DNA of 64,000 nucleotides from Octopus vulgaris (GCA_951406725.2 OX597815.1:138446001-138510000); one strand, 5' to 3'. Numbered from the stretch's first letter, positions 1 through 13,516 are shown. The notes: generated by a model from the sequence alone, not told the origin. Translations and numbers: made by a program.

Positions 1-1522
1 ATACAAAAAAAATGCTGACTATTCCGATCCCGACCAATAAATCAATGGTAATGATCAAGGGAAATTAATCAGCCATAATAACACTGACGAAGTCAATAAT
101 CAAAACTAATGAAGACAATGTTCAGTGCAGATTAGTAGCAGTTTTGTCTCGAATTTCCATAGGAAATAATCGATTCCAACCAACATATCCTCACCCTGAA
201 AATCAGGTTTAGTTTTCAACTACTATGTAAAACTTGAATCTGTTCGATTTAAAAGAAATAGTATTGACAAGGAATGTCCAGCTTGAACTATGCTTGGGTT
301 CTTGCTTCGAAATATAACTAAAAGAACACTGGAATAGTACTAACATGTTCAATTCCTATTTAGGCGAATATTTAAATGTCATTTATAGAAAACACTATAA
401 GATGAAAATTAAATAACCATTGGAAGTCTTAACGAAAATTTAGATTCAAAATAATAATTTTATCAGAGATAAGCGCCAGATATGGTATCCTGTAGCATAA
501 CTGGTATATATAAATATTTTAATAATTGTACGTTATCCGCCTGATAAACGCGCGAATGTATATTCTAGAAAGTTAATAAAGTTCATTATCAAACTTAAGA
601 TGTATTTGGAACTAAGTCCTTAATTTCTTTGTTTCGTGACTTCACTATTGACGCGTTCTTCCATAGAATTATAGTTGATGTATTTTAGTGAATAACACAT
701 TTTATTTGCAACTCTGCATATAATTTACTAATAAGTTAATAAGTTAATACATTATAGCTAATAATGCACCTATAACTAATGATGATAGAAATAATCTTTG
801 ACATTGAAAAGAGCATTTAACCGTCAGTGGAATGAATTTAAATCCTCAGAAACAAGAGCCCGAAGCGCATACAGTGAGAATTAATGAAATGAATTCTACA
901 ATAAGCCAGAAGAATTTCAGATAGAATAATATCTTACATAAATGCGAATATAGTTTCAAATATAGTTGATTATTCAATCAAGCAACTTTGAGATGACAGA
1001 TCACCGTAGATTCATTATATTTTACTTAAAGCTTACACATATTTCAACCTTATGAACATATTTATTATTTACAGAACTCACAGAAAAACTGCGATCATCA
1101 GAACGGTGACCTTTATGAATACAATTATATAATTTAATCTTCATTAAAATAGCTTACAGGAAGGAGAACTATAAAAGGACACCACCATATGAGCATTGTT
1201 TCTCGCCTACCTTAATTCCTTCTCTAGATATGCACAAGAATACCAAGTCAATTGAAATGCCTGACCGTCAAAATTAAATACTATTATCAATTAGTGAGAC
1301 AAAACTAATGTCAACATTACATATGTCAAAACCACTTTGTAAACCAAGCAGAAAGTCATATATACTTGGAGCACCCCAACAGATTTGCATTAAATATTCT
1401 ACACGATATTTCAAATAATCACATCTCGTACTTTGAATATTTACATATTAATAGAGAATAATCGTTTCAAAAATGATGAATAATTTTTAGATTTATTTAC
1501 ATGCATAAATATACGTTACTGA

Positions 1523-1525
1523 TCT

Positions 1526-1602
<77 letters not shown>

Positions 1603-1627
1603 GCACATATATCTTTATATATATATA
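1523..1627. repeat. (CT)n followed by (TA)n compound microsatellite
   Basis: Seen directly; explains the LSLS/YIYI ORF at 1501. Confidence 0.95.
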
Positions 1628-1633
1628 CACAAT

Positions 1634-2046
1634 GTGTTTCAGTCACTAGGCTGCGGTTATGCTGGGGCGTTGGCCTTAAAGATTTTAGTCGAAGAAATCG
1701 ATACCAGCACTTATTTCAAAGTTTGGTACTTATTCAATTCTCCCTTTCTGTCGAGCCGCTATTCTAATTGGACGTAAACAGTTCAACACCGGTTTCAAGC
1801 GGTGACAGTAGATGGTAGACAAACACAAACACAAAGACACACACACAGACACAGACACACACACACAAGACTATATATATTTACGACGGGTAACTTTCAG
1901 GTTCTTTTCTACCAGATTCAGTCACAAGGCTTTCATTGACCCGGGGTTATAATAGAAGACACTTGTCCCAGATGTGACGAAGTGGAACTGGACCCAGAAC
2001 CATGTAGTTGGTAGGTAAACGTCTTACAACACAAGTACATGGCGTC
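1634..2046 (-). mobile_element. tRNA-derived SINE, family A (diverged, near full length)
   Basis: The reverse complement aligns by eye with the copies at 6955 and 48364: head ...catggttctgggtccagttccac..gtgtcttcta.., tail ..gactgaaaca. Confidence 0.8.
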
Positions 2047-2070
2047 TTATACACACACCCGCCCCCCCCC

Positions 2071-2194
<124 letters not shown>

Positions 2195-2208
2195 GGAAGA
2201 TATATAAA

Positions 2209-2345
2209 CAGTAACACTCGCCATGTCGCCGTTTATCTATCGCACCATCAGTGCATCGCGGATTTTGCTGGCTAATATATATATATATATATATATAGAT
2301 TTATATCGCGGACTCCTCAGTATATCATGAGTTTCTGCGGTATAA
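2209..2345. mobile_element. possible Tc1/mariner-pogo type MITE end
   Basis: Starts cagtaacactcg..atcgc with repeated atcgcgga motifs, resembling Tigger-type TIRs. No partner TIR found. Confidence 0.25.
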
Positions 2346-3202
2346 GTATTTATATTTTTTATAAATTTTACTTATTTCTGTAGTAAAATAAGCATTTTCA
2401 CGCATAAAAATTATGTGTGTACATTTTTTTACGTGTGTGTACAGTTTTGTATCATATATATTTAATATTTTTGAATATCGACTTGCCTAATTTGCTTGTC
2501 CTTACATTTACTCCTCAACCTGCTCAAGTTCAAATTTCTTGAGCACTACGAAGTGTTTTCTATACAGAGAATACCTGTCTATAATCTCTCTTTCTCTCTT
2601 TATATATATAGTGCTCCTTTGTTACCAATACCAAGCCATATAACGGTTATAACAACAAATGCAATCTATGCATCGCCGCAGTCTTTTCTATTACGCAACC
2701 CACCAATTGTCTGAATGAAGGAAATCATTTAAATTTTATTTGTAAACACCGATTATGCAACGCATTCTCAAAGTACAAATAATAGCGCCCCTCCCGTTGT
2801 TCCCTAACTATTCTTCCGCCCTCACTTCCAGCTCTGTTAGGTATTTATAACTTTTTAACTGCCTTTATATTTTATATTTCATATTATTTTTTAATCTTGT
2901 GATTTCCCTACAACTTTTTTTCGCACATGTGCATATCAAGGTGGCTATGCGCGCATGCACACATACAAAACACTAGAGGCATACACACGCTAATTGGCGT
3001 TTGTATAGTGTTACTGTTAAGTGATAAAGAGTCAACTTACCCAGAGCTACAATGTTCCCTTATTGACCAGAAACATTATCTCCCACCTCTCTTTCCTCTC
3101 CGAACAAATTCTAACTTACCATCATTCCTAAATTCCCTCTTTCTCTGCTCCTCCTGCATACTTCTTTGTTTTTGTTTGACTCTGTTTAAATGTATATACA
3201 GG

Positions 3203-3244
<42 letters not shown>

Positions 3245-3534
3245 ACAATTGACATAGTAAATGACCCCAGCGTATACTCACAAAGACCTTCCCCTAGCCA
3301 GCTTTAATGTTACCAATTTTCCCTTTCTCTTCTCCCTCTTCTTTTCTGTATTGTGATTCTCTTTCTTAACTACTTTAGACATTTTCCCACTCCCATATAT
3401 TATTTCTTCAAACCTATGCTTTTTGTTTTTTGTTCTCCCACTCTGTGCTTTCCACTCATTTTCCATAAAACTTTCTGATGTTAACCCGGAATCCCTTGAC
3501 AACAGTGTAACCCTCATTTAACTAAGGTATCTTC

Positions 3535-3572
3535 GGCCTGATGAATAGCTAGTGGAGTACTAGCTAGGAAAC
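3535..3572 (+). ncRNA. partial hammerhead ribozyme core
   Basis: CTGATGA (3538-3544), perfect 8-bp stem TAGCTAGT/ACTAGCTA, GAAAC (3568-3572). Stem III and the 3' strand of stem I are not recognisable. Confidence 0.4.
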
Positions 3573-3851
3573 ATATTTATTACTTGCTCCATTCTTCGCC
3601 ACTTTTATATTCTTCTATACGTTGCATATACAGATTCCAGATTTCACGAAGCGAGGATAGACAGACCTTCCTTCACAAAACGTACTTCAAATTACGCCAC
3701 TAGACACACCCTACTTTAATAAATACAAATTCTCAACGAACTCAACGGCTCCTACGACTTCTCTCGTCTCAACCAATACGCTACTTTCTATAAGAGTTCG
3801 GCTAGTTCATTCTTTCAGTCCCATAGGTATCTCAATGACTCGTCATAACAC

Positions 3852-3882
<31 letters not shown>

Positions 3883-5699
3883 AATGTATATATGGAACGC
3901 GTATTTATGCCTATATACATACGTATGCATACATTTAACTCTACATAAACTAGCGATATACATCGTTACACGATGGTTATGTTGTCCCTACACCCATACC
4001 TATGATATGTGTCTGTCTGTTTATCCATCTATATGTATTGATATACTAGAAGCTAGGGTATTTCCTTATTGTCAGTGATGAATGGCCCATGCGCTTGGTT
4101 ATGTTGGTAAATATCTAAACACTAAGATATTTAGAGTTTTCTGATACATGCATATTACAAGCTGCCACACATTTTCCAACTAAAATATGTACGTGGAACA
4201 GTAAAAATATACGACAAATCTGAAGTTCCACATATTACTCTGCACTGTGCTTTTTTCTTTATCTAAATTCTAGCATCGTAATTTTGTTTCTCTAGTTTCT
4301 TCTTTATAGGGACACTTAAATACTTTGAAATGATAATTTGAATATATAATGAATGTGCTGTCAAGTGCAGGCAGGCAAGCATTGATAACAACTCAAGATG
4401 TGCTTTTGGCGAGGGTTTCATGTTCAATTATTCGAAGCTAAAGTAGTTTCTCTGCGTAACTTGCTTTGTTCTGTTATGAAAAGGAACACGTTTTACCCAC
4501 AACTAAGCGTTATTTAAACCATTGAATATTAAATACATGGTAATAACATGAAATTTCATTTTGATGACTCCTAATAACAATGATAACAACACCGATACAC
4601 ACTTCAGGCTCAACGGAAATGTCATACATCAGCAGGGAAGACTTTAAAAGTATTCTACATAGAATTTACATTATGGTCTATACAGTTAACTATCAGAAAA
4701 AGCCTGCTGCTATTATAGCCATGTGAAATGATTAAAAAAAATATTGGGAACACACACCATGTTTTAAACTACCCCGTTAAACAGCATCGACTAAATAAAT
4801 ATAATGTTCTTTGAACAATGTCTATTACATATAGCAATTATTGCCCTAAGATCCTATGATGCTGGTCAATTTGCAAAAATATATCATAAAGCTAAGTAAA
4901 AGTTGCCACAGAAGATAACGGCACCGTCATCCTTATCATAGAATGAAGAACCTATGTAATGGTTTGAACTGCTAGAGATAACAGCTGAACCTCTCGAAAA
5001 TAGTATTGTTTTGTTTTAAGATGAAAATGACATGTTAGATAGTGTAGTCATAGATAACAAAATGCTTTTATTAGCAAAACACAGTTGACAAAACAATAAT
5101 TTATTTACAGTGTTCTTCAAAGGAAAAGATTGATGGTCAAGTTTAGAACATATCCGAGCGCAAATATACTCAGTCATCATATACATGAGACTTTAGAATA
5201 GCAACAGTTCATATATATATGTTTCTGTATAAAACTAGAGATAACTTTAGAATACATACAAGTTGAAACAATTTAAATTCACAGTGCTAGAAAAATCATA
5301 TCAATTTCCATAGCTATCGTTGGCAAAGAGACTATTTTTAATTAGTAATAAATTTATAGCTATGGACATGATAAAAGCTCTTGACAGTATCAGAGAACAA
5401 TATATGAAAACGTGATAACATGTCGGAGAACCAGTATTTGCCCGTATAAGCTTGCTATCACGCTAGGAAAACCGTTTGCATATCAACATAATCAGTCTAG
5501 CCGGTTAACAAAACTATAACATTTCAGGAGCCTGCAACGCCACAAAATCGACATATGCATACCGTCACCATATGTAATGTGAACGACAAATTCATAACAC
5601 GCCAACTACATTGCATGAAGAGATCTGAATAAAATGTATGGAGATTCTACACTTCATACTCTCGAGGGGAAATTAATAATTTCAAAGCATGAAAAACTC

Positions 5700-6060
5700 C
5701 ATTATCAGAAAATACTACTTCAATGAGCTAGTATTAATCACAAGTTTGCTACCAAGCCACAGGCTGTACACCGGAAGATGAAAGGAATCAATATCTCTGT
5801 AAAAGCGCGTTTTCTCAAGAAGATTTTAAAACATTTTCTTTTAAGATCTGAAATGAAAAGACGTATTTCAATTATGACGCATCATGGTTGAATATAATCG
5901 AGAAGGAACATTGCACCAATATGAACCATCATGTCTACATCAACCATCAAGTCTCGACAAGCATTATAGTTAATATAGTGAAGAAGCAATTTTGTACCAA
6001 TATCAATAGCAAAAAAAAAAAAAACATCATACACTTGGACTGAATTTATGGAAAAGCTAC
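5700..6060 (+). pseudogene. highly decayed R4/Dong-like LINE fragment (region upstream of RT)
   Basis: Manual translation gives NHKFATKPQAVHRKMKG and KI*NEKTYFNYDASWL, resembling the NxxF..P..VY and IW....HN..A.WL motifs of R4-clade ORFs. Confidence 0.3.
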
Positions 6061-6954
6061 AAAATGGTAATGTACCAAAAAGATATTTAGTTGGATACTA
6101 GTATATAATTGTTTGCGGTCTATAGAGAGGCACTTACGCATATATCTAAGAGGACCCCGGAAAGTAAAATTGACGGAAGTGAAAGGTTTTTTCGTATGGG
6201 TGTGATCTAATTTTCTGCTCTTGGCAAGAACAAGAAATGCAAAGATGTCAGTGGTTGTAGGACAAATGTAGTATATGTGAGTATAGATGTGTGTATAGAT
6301 GTATGCATGTCTTAGTATCTGCGTTTAGACGTTTATACTTATTTATACATTTACACTTGCTGTACGTTTATACTTGCGCGTTTGTGTTTGCATGTGTGCA
6401 TGTGCGTGTGAGCAAATGTGTGTGTTTGTATGAAAGCCTACACGTGTGTGTATGTAATTGTGCGTGTACGTGTAAGTGCTTAAAGGCGAAATATTTGAAG
6501 GAGGTGGATATACTAGGGGTGTCTTAAATGCCCTTAGTAGTTATGATGTTCGCTAGGGTTGAGGTCGGGTTTCATGCTTTTCAGAAAGTAGTACTAAGAA
6601 TTAAAAGAGGGAGAACGAAAGTGATTCTCTTTTGTTAGTTCCTATATCTAGTTAAAATATGGAAGTTATGTTGTGGCAGATATTGTATATGCGTCACGCG
6701 TCCGTGTATGAGTGCATTGTGTGTTTGTGCGCGCGCGCGTGTATGAGTATGTGTGTAGATCGGTATCTATTAATGCTTGTATGGCATTTTGCTTGTGCTT
6801 CTATGACTATGTCCATTTGAATAGGTATCGGTCTATGAACGACAATGACTGGAGTGTGTTCGTTCTTTTTGTGGAATAGACACACACAAAAACACATGTA
6901 TAAACACGTACATAAATATGTACGTATACATGCATGTATGTATATACATACATA

Positions 6955-7120
6955 GGCGTAGGTGTGTGGTAAGAAGCTTGCTTCCTAACCATACGGTTCC
7001 GGGTTCAGTCCCACTGTGTGGCACCTTGGGCAGGTGTCTTCTACTATAGCCTCGGACCGAGCAATACCTTGTGAGTAGATTTTGGTAGACGGAAACTGAA
7101 ACAAGCTCGTCGTATATATG
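6955..7120 (+). mobile_element. tRNA-derived SINE family A, 5' half
   Basis: gtgtggtaagaagcttgc (A-box-like), ggttcagtccc (B-box-like), then gcaccttgggcaggtgtcttctactatagcc. Matches the 48364 copy. Confidence 0.85.
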
Positions 7121-7149
7121 AATATATGTATACATATACATATACATAT

Positions 7150-8285
7150 ATATATAAAACTGAGAATGTGTGTGTGTGTGTCTGTCTGTCTGTCTGTCTG
7201 TGTGTTTCCCTGAAACTTGAGAACTACACAACCATTCAAATTTTACACATGCCTTACTTAGGGTCCGGGGAGTGTCATCGGCAAAAAATTCTAACCTTTT
7301 GCCTAGGACAAGCCCACAGCAATATCATATCTTCTCCGCTATGATTCCCTAAAACTTGAGAAGTACACAACCAATTTCATTCAAATTTTACACGTTCCTT
7401 ACTTAGGGTCCATGTTGTTTCATAGGCAAAAAAATATGTTCAACTTCTTGCCTAGGGTGAGCTCATATCTTCTCCACTATTTCAGTATTACGTGTTAAAA
7501 GTGATACAAAAACATTTCTCTATTTTATGTCAGATAATTTCACTTTAACAATAAAAATTAGAGATAATAATAATTGAATTATATGTAGTAAGTAATAATT
7601 AAACTCAAACTAAAGTATAATATAATCGTAACATAACAAAAGTAAAAATAGCAATTGGTATAAAATTGCATCAATTACTTGAACTTGAATAAGTGGTTTC
7701 ACATGAATGGGAATAAATTAAAAATAAAATTAATGCGCAGAAATGGAATAGTCCATTAAATTAAAGAAAAGACTATTGTCTATAAAGTATACAATGTAGA
7801 GAAAAAAAAAAGATTTGAACACCTGAAGGAAAGCACCATCGAAAAGTGTCTTGGTGCGACTATGAAAGATATCAAGTATCTAACCAGAGGCGGTAAATTC
7901 GCCACGATAGAAGCAAGGTTCGAGTCAATGGAGTGTGCAAGGGAGTACTCGACTCGAACCTTGCAAAGTGGAAATATTTTATTTTTACCTTTATATCTGG
8001 GACGTAGGACGTCCCGGATAAAAATTTAAAATGTCTCCCCAGAAGTAGAGGTAGGCTGGATTGTAGCCACACTTCTATACAAGAGGGAGGACAAGATAAA
8101 ATTGATCAAAATTCCAAGTGACGGGCCTACAATTCCAGTCTGTTATATATTTTGAGTATTGTTATCACTAGCGATATCAAGATATGTGTAGATGTATATA
8201 TATATAGATGTACACACATATATATATATATACACATATTTATATGCGCTAGCACTATGACCCGGCAACGCCGGGTCATAATGCT

Positions 8286-8288
<3 letters not shown>
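7150..8288 (+). mobile_element. non-autonomous Helitron-like element
   Basis: The 5' end reads tatataaaactgagaatg then (GT)n(CTGT)n. There is an internal ~140-bp tandem duplication (7206-7480). The 3' end has the hairpin TATGACCCGGC-aac-GCCGGGTCATA (8256-8280) then CTGG|T (8284-8288), matching the CTRR rule. The 5' TC is not visible. Confidence 0.65.
7760..8130 (+). pseudogene. LINE ORF1-like (L1/Tx1 RRM-type) fragment
   Basis: A single frame with one stop reads IKEKTIVYKVYNVEKKKRFEHLKESTIEKCLGATMKDIKYLTRGGKFATIEARF...FLPLYLGRRTSRIKI*NVSPEVEVGWIVATLL. The PxYxGxR..RI...VxPE pattern recalls Tx1 ORF1. Confidence 0.45.
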
Positions 8289-8323
<35 letters not shown>

Positions 8324-8336
8324 TACATATATATGT

Positions 8337-8648
8337 GGAGGCGCAATGGCTCAGTGGTTAGGGCAGTGGACTCGCGGTTGTAGGATCGCGGTTTCGATAC
8401 CCAGACCGGGCGTTGTGAGAGTTTATTGAGCGAAAGCACCTAAAGCTCCACGAGGCTTCGGCAGAAGGTGGTGGCGATCCCTGCTGTACTCTTTCGCCAC
8501 AAGTTTCTCTCACTCTTTCTTCTGTTGGCCTGCTCCCTTAGCCAAGCGGGGTGGCGTCATTTGAAGCCTAAAACAATGCGAAGCGCATTGTGACCAGCGA
8601 TGTGTAGCAACGTCTGATAGCCTGGTCGGTCACGGTGATCACGGTGAT
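8337..8648 (+). mobile_element. tRNA-derived SINE family B
   Basis: ggaggcgcaaTGGCTCAGTGG (A box) ... GTTTCGATACC (B-box-like), flanked by (TA)n. Same head as the 33269 copy. Confidence 0.85.
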
Positions 8649-8651
8649 ATA

Positions 8652-8731
<80 letters not shown>

Positions 8732-8747
8732 AATACATATATTCACA

Positions 8748-8878
8748 CATAGAATAAGTAATGGGGTTGCAAAGAATAAGTCCTGGGGTTAATTTCTTCG
8801 ACTAAAACCTTCCAAAGCGATGCTCTAGTATGGCTGTAATCAAATGACTGAAACAAGTGAGAGAATAAGAGAATAAAA

Positions 8879-8883
<5 letters not shown>
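8748..8883 (+). mobile_element. SINE family A 3' tail
   Basis: agaataagta..aagaataagtcctgggg..atgactgaaacaagtg..(agaata)n; matches 48610-48726. Confidence 0.75.
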
Positions 8884-8926
<43 letters not shown>

Positions 8927-9016
8927 GTACATATATATATATATATGTACATATATATATATATATGTACATATTATATATATATGTACATATATATATA
9001 TATGTACATATATATA

Positions 9017-9085
<69 letters not shown>

Positions 9086-9152
9086 ACCCCTATCTCATTT
9101 TATAACCTATATATGTATATATATATATATATATATACGCACATATATATAT
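8881..9152. repeat. long (TA)n tract with periodic GTAC interruptions
   Basis: Seen directly. Confidence 0.9.
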
Positions 9153-9345
9153 ACAACGTGCGTAATGAAGCTGTAAAAATGCATTTATCTTGTTTTTCTT
9201 GTGTTTTTTCAACAATATGTAAGTCTTGTTACTCCGCTATATCACATCTGTATGTATTCAATTTTTTATAACGCGCATTTTACGTGTACGAATGTTTAAC
9301 TTGCATGATTTGACAAAGTGCTGACCATACATTTCTATTCATTAT

Positions 9346-9348
9346 CTG

Positions 9349-9408
<60 letters not shown>

Positions 9409-9432
9409 GCTAGCTAGCTAGCTAGCTAGCTA
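9346..9432. repeat. (TATC)n then (TAGC)n microsatellite
   Basis: Seen directly. Confidence 0.9.
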
Positions 9433-9878
9433 TACAGACACACACGCGCATAAAGAGAAGATTAAACATGTACACTTATCAAACACAAAGGGTATATGCT
9501 AACAGAATATTTTAATAAGGAACTAGAACGCCTGATAAAATGCATCGTTCACATTTCTCATAGAGTGACTTTTAAAATAGTTAATAATTTAGAGGAGTAT
9601 TATCTCTTCTAGATAATCTATCTATCTATCCATTTCCATAAATTGATTAAATTCAAGATTTTTAATTAATAAACTTCTGTAGCAGACGAGAGGTGTCTGA
9701 GACAAATGTACATAAGCTGATTCCATCAGTCAAACTTTTTCCATTATCTACAGATTAGTTTCATGAAAGTATTTGTAAGTGCTTCTAGTTCGTTAAATAA
9801 CGATATTTATTAAGAATTTCAACTGTTTTTCATACGTTGCGTTTATTTCATTTCAGTTGTATGTATAAATATACTGCT

Positions 9879-9896
9879 TATATATACATATATATG

Positions 9897-9955
<59 letters not shown>

Positions 9956-10033
9956 GCATACATATATATATATATATATTTATGTACGTATATCTATTAT
10001 CTATATCTATCTATCTTTATATTTACATATATG

Positions 10034-10085
<52 letters not shown>

Positions 10086-10152
10086 CATATGTATATGTAT
10101 ATATATATATATATACATATGTATATGTATATATATATATATATCCAGGTGT

Positions 10153-10187
<35 letters not shown>
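9879..10187. repeat. (TA)n-rich compound microsatellite
   Basis: Seen directly. Confidence 0.9.
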
Positions 10188-10189
<2 letters not shown>

Positions 10190-11163
10190 AGTGATATTGG
10201 TCTCTCCAGTTCATAGTTAGGATATAGTATAAGTAATTTCGTATTAATATGTTGTTAGCTTTTGATCTCGACATTAATGTTCTGTGTGGCTGATAACTGT
10301 TAGAAATTTCGATCACAAAATTAAATGTTTCATTGGATATAAGAGGAGAATGTGTCAGAGGTAATAAATAATTTTCTCAACATATACATACGCACAGATA
10401 TATGCATGTATCTCACCGATTCAAATACATACATACGGGCACCATCATGCACACATACATGTACATTTGGTTGTACCTTGCGTTTGATTCATTTTAAGTT
10501 AAAGAGATCACCTTGAGTCAAGTTAATGCATTTATTGTTTAAGTTTTCTATAATTTCTAATACTTGTCTGTATGCTTGGTGGTTTATAAAAATCGCGAGT
10601 GGAGTTGCTTCTAGCAGTCTAAATAACATATTTCCATATTATCAGAGGTATATAAATAACTAATTGTTAAACGAAAAATAATAAAATTTGTGAAAATGCC
10701 AATGTCTGTTCAGTTAGCTTCTAGAAGGTCCGAAACACATAATGATGTTCGTAGTGTTTGTTGAAAAAAAAACGAACAAAAACTATGACGTATGTATTTT
10801 ATAAAGTTTGAACAAGCGCAGAAATTGAATTTCTAAACTTGCGAATACTTAACTCGATAGAAAAGAACAATTCGGAAACACTCATCAATCACAGAAACAT
10901 TCTTGAAGCCCTGTAATCATTCAAAGACATATAATTTGCTTTTTTTTAAAGAAATTTCTATTTATTTTGATTAATTTCAAAATATTTCCAGAAGAAACCA
11001 CTAAAATGTGTGAAATAAAAGTTTCTTAAATATAAAGTAAGCAACAGTGCACACAACCTCTGCTTGTAGAGAGTTGGACCCAGCTCAAAGATGTTGGTTC
11101 TACGTTCTTCAGTCACTTTATCTATCTATCTACCTACCTACCTGTCTATCTATCTATCTATCT

Positions 11164-12906
11164 CATAGTGTCTACACGAGCACATCGAGCTGGTCGGCGA
11201 GACACTGAAAAACTACGAAGCGGTGACAGGAGCGAAAATCAACCGGGAAAAGTCAGTGGGCTTGCGACTAGGCACCTGGAGAAGCAAGCCCATGCCGTCC
11301 ACCAGCGCCTCCGTCGTGGGACGCTGGACCGACGGCCCGGTTGAGTTGCTCGGGGTCTGGTTTGGTCCGGACCTCCAAGTGGAGAAGAACTGGAACGAGA
11401 TAACGAGTAGGGTGGTCACTCTCGCCCGGCAATGGGCCGAGAGAAAACTGTCCCTAAAAGGTCGAGCGGAGGTGGCGAACACGTACATCGCGTCCGTCAT
11501 CTACTACCGCCTGACCGTCGTACCTTGTCCCGACCCTACCATCACCAAACTACAACGCATCCTCTTTCGCTTCTTGTGGAAAGGATGCGTCCCGATGGTC
11601 AGGCGATCCATTTGCTGTCAACACCCGTTAAAAGGAGGGCTGGGCATGCCGTGGTTGATGATGCGCAGACACGCGCTGAGACTGCGGCATCTCTGGCTCT
11701 ATGTAGACGACGGTGAACAGGTGTGGTCGCCGTTTGTGAGGCACGCTTTCCCGCAGCTCGTCTCCATGACCGAACTGCAGTCGTGGATCAAAAAGAGGCC
11801 GAGGAAGGGCGAATGGCACCGCGAGTGTCGCGTTGCTCTCAAGCAACTCTGCCGTCCTGGGTCGACCTTAAGTGACTTCAACACAACCAAAGCATTCTAT
11901 AGGGGTTTAGTGGAGGGGAGGTACGACGACGAGCTCGGGGCGAACCTGGACGTCGACGAGGAGTACCTGACCCGCCTGTTCAGGACGACTTTCGGGCCAG
12001 GGCCCATGGACAACTTCCAGAGATCCCTGGCCTGGCAGTGCTACCGAGAAGCGCTACCCGTTCGGGATAAGCTCTACAGACACGGCTCGAGAAACACGGG
12101 GCCGACCTGCCCGAGATGCGGTCAGAGCGACGAAACCGTTCTGCACGCACTCGTGCAGTGTCCAACAATTTCCGACCTGTGGGCTTATGTCGAACAACTG
12201 CTGTCACGTGTGGGACGAGTCGGTTTATCAGCTGAGTCTATCGTCAATATTGTCACGCCTCCTTCCTTCAAACGGGAAGGAAGAGCTATTTTCATCATCC
12301 TTGTGGCTATGGCGAAAGAATGTATCTGGTGGACGCGTCTGAAAGGATTGGAGACAAACACTTTCCTCTCTGGTCAATCTCTCATCAACTTCTTCAAGTA
12401 CCACTTGAAAAGGAAAGTGAGAGTAGAGAGGCAAGTTTTGTCTAGCGAATGTTTTAAAAAAAGATGGGTGAATGTAGCAAGAATGGCACGTATGAATGAC
12501 GAAGCCACCTTGAGCATAGTCCTATGAACCCAGAAATCGAAAACAGAGAGTTGCTTATTTGCAAAAAAAAAAAAAAAGAAATATAAAATGTGACATCATT
12601 GACCGAGGTTACCGTGGTCTTTTCCGTAGGCTTTTCTTTGCACGGGTAAACCTCACCTGTCCTCCCCTTTACACTTCATATTGACATTTCTGTGATAACG
12701 ATCCCTATTGATCAATTTTTTTCCTCCCCCCTTTTTTTTAACCCCCCTTTTTTTGTCCTCTTTCTCTCCTTTTACGATCCCTTTTGATCGAAACTCCCCT
12801 TCCTTTTTTTTTTTTTTTTTTTTTCTTTCTTAAACCTTCAAAAGAAAAGCTCTACCTTGTAATTTGTTCTATCTGTGTGCAGCCCTGTGTGGCTAATAAA
12901 GAAACA
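11164..12906 (+). mobile_element. 5'-truncated Tx1/L1-clade non-LTR retrotransposon embedded in (TATC)n
   Basis: GC-rich island carrying the ORF2 C-terminal part, a U-rich 3' UTR and AATAAA at 12895-12900. (TATC)n lies on both sides (11119-11163, 12907-13032). Confidence 0.9.
11223..12527 (+). CDS. LINE ORF2 C-terminal part (RT end/thumb plus CCHC zinc knuckle), open but truncated just after the catalytic motif
   Basis: GAKINREKS, LLGVWFG, W..RKLSLKGR..V.N, FRFLWKG, P..GGLG.P and CPRCGQSDETVLHALVQC are L1/Tx1 ORF2 hallmarks. No YADD is present. Confidence 0.85.
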   Translation: MTGAKINREKSVGLRLGTWRSKPMPSTSASVVGRWTDGPVELLGVWFGPDLQVEKNWNEITSRVVTLARQWAERKLSLKGRAEVANTYIASVIYYRLTVVPCPDPTITKLQRILFRFLWKGCVPMVRRSICCQHPLKGGLGMPWLMMRRHALRLRHLWLYVDDGEQVWSPFVRHAFPQLVSMTELQSWIKKRPRKGEWHRECRVALKQLCRPGSTLSDFNTTKAFYRGLVEGRYDDELGANLDVDEEYLTRLFRTTFGPGPMDNFQRSLAWQCYREALPVRDKLYRHGSRNTGPTCPRCGQSDETVLHALVQCPTISDLWAYVEQLLSRVGRVGLSAESIVNIVTPPSFKREGRAIFIILVAMAKECIWWTRLKGLETNTFLSGQSLINFFKYHLKRKVRVERQVLSSECFKKRWVNVARMARMNDEATLSIVL

Positions 12907-12969
<63 letters not shown>

Positions 12970-12985
12970 GCATCTATCTATCTAC

Positions 12986-13033
<48 letters not shown>

Positions 13034-13434
13034 ATTTGGGTTTGTGTGTGTGTGTGCGTGTGCTGCGAGTGTGCGTGAGTGTGAAGGTACATACTCAGGG
13101 AAGCATATCTGTCTGTTAAAGAGAGGAAAAGAGTAATCAAATTACCAACACAGATAGATTCAAAACCTCAGACAAAGTTTAGTTACTTTTTTCTCTGTAT
13201 TTCTTTGACATTTCCCTCTCTACTAAGGGATAAATTTGTCCGAAGTATCAAACATCATATCTCCCATCTTCTTATTCACATCAGCTTTAATCTTATGCAT
13301 GTTTATATAGTTACTCATTTGTGTGCATTCTTTGTATACATAATTTAGTAGAAGCAGTATAACAGTACAAATGATACCATTGTAGTTTATAAGTTTCAAT
13401 GTAAATTATTCTATTTATAAATATAATACAATAG

Positions 13435-13465
<31 letters not shown>

Positions 13466-13475
13466 ATGAGCAACC

Positions 13476-13516
<41 letters not shown>

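Noticed and set aside
1040-1103. CTGATGA plus hairpin on the minus strand
   Set aside because: No GAAA follows stem II.
8337-8410. tRNA gene
   Set aside because: It has A/B boxes but continues into a SINE body repeated at 33269, with no proper acceptor stem or terminator.
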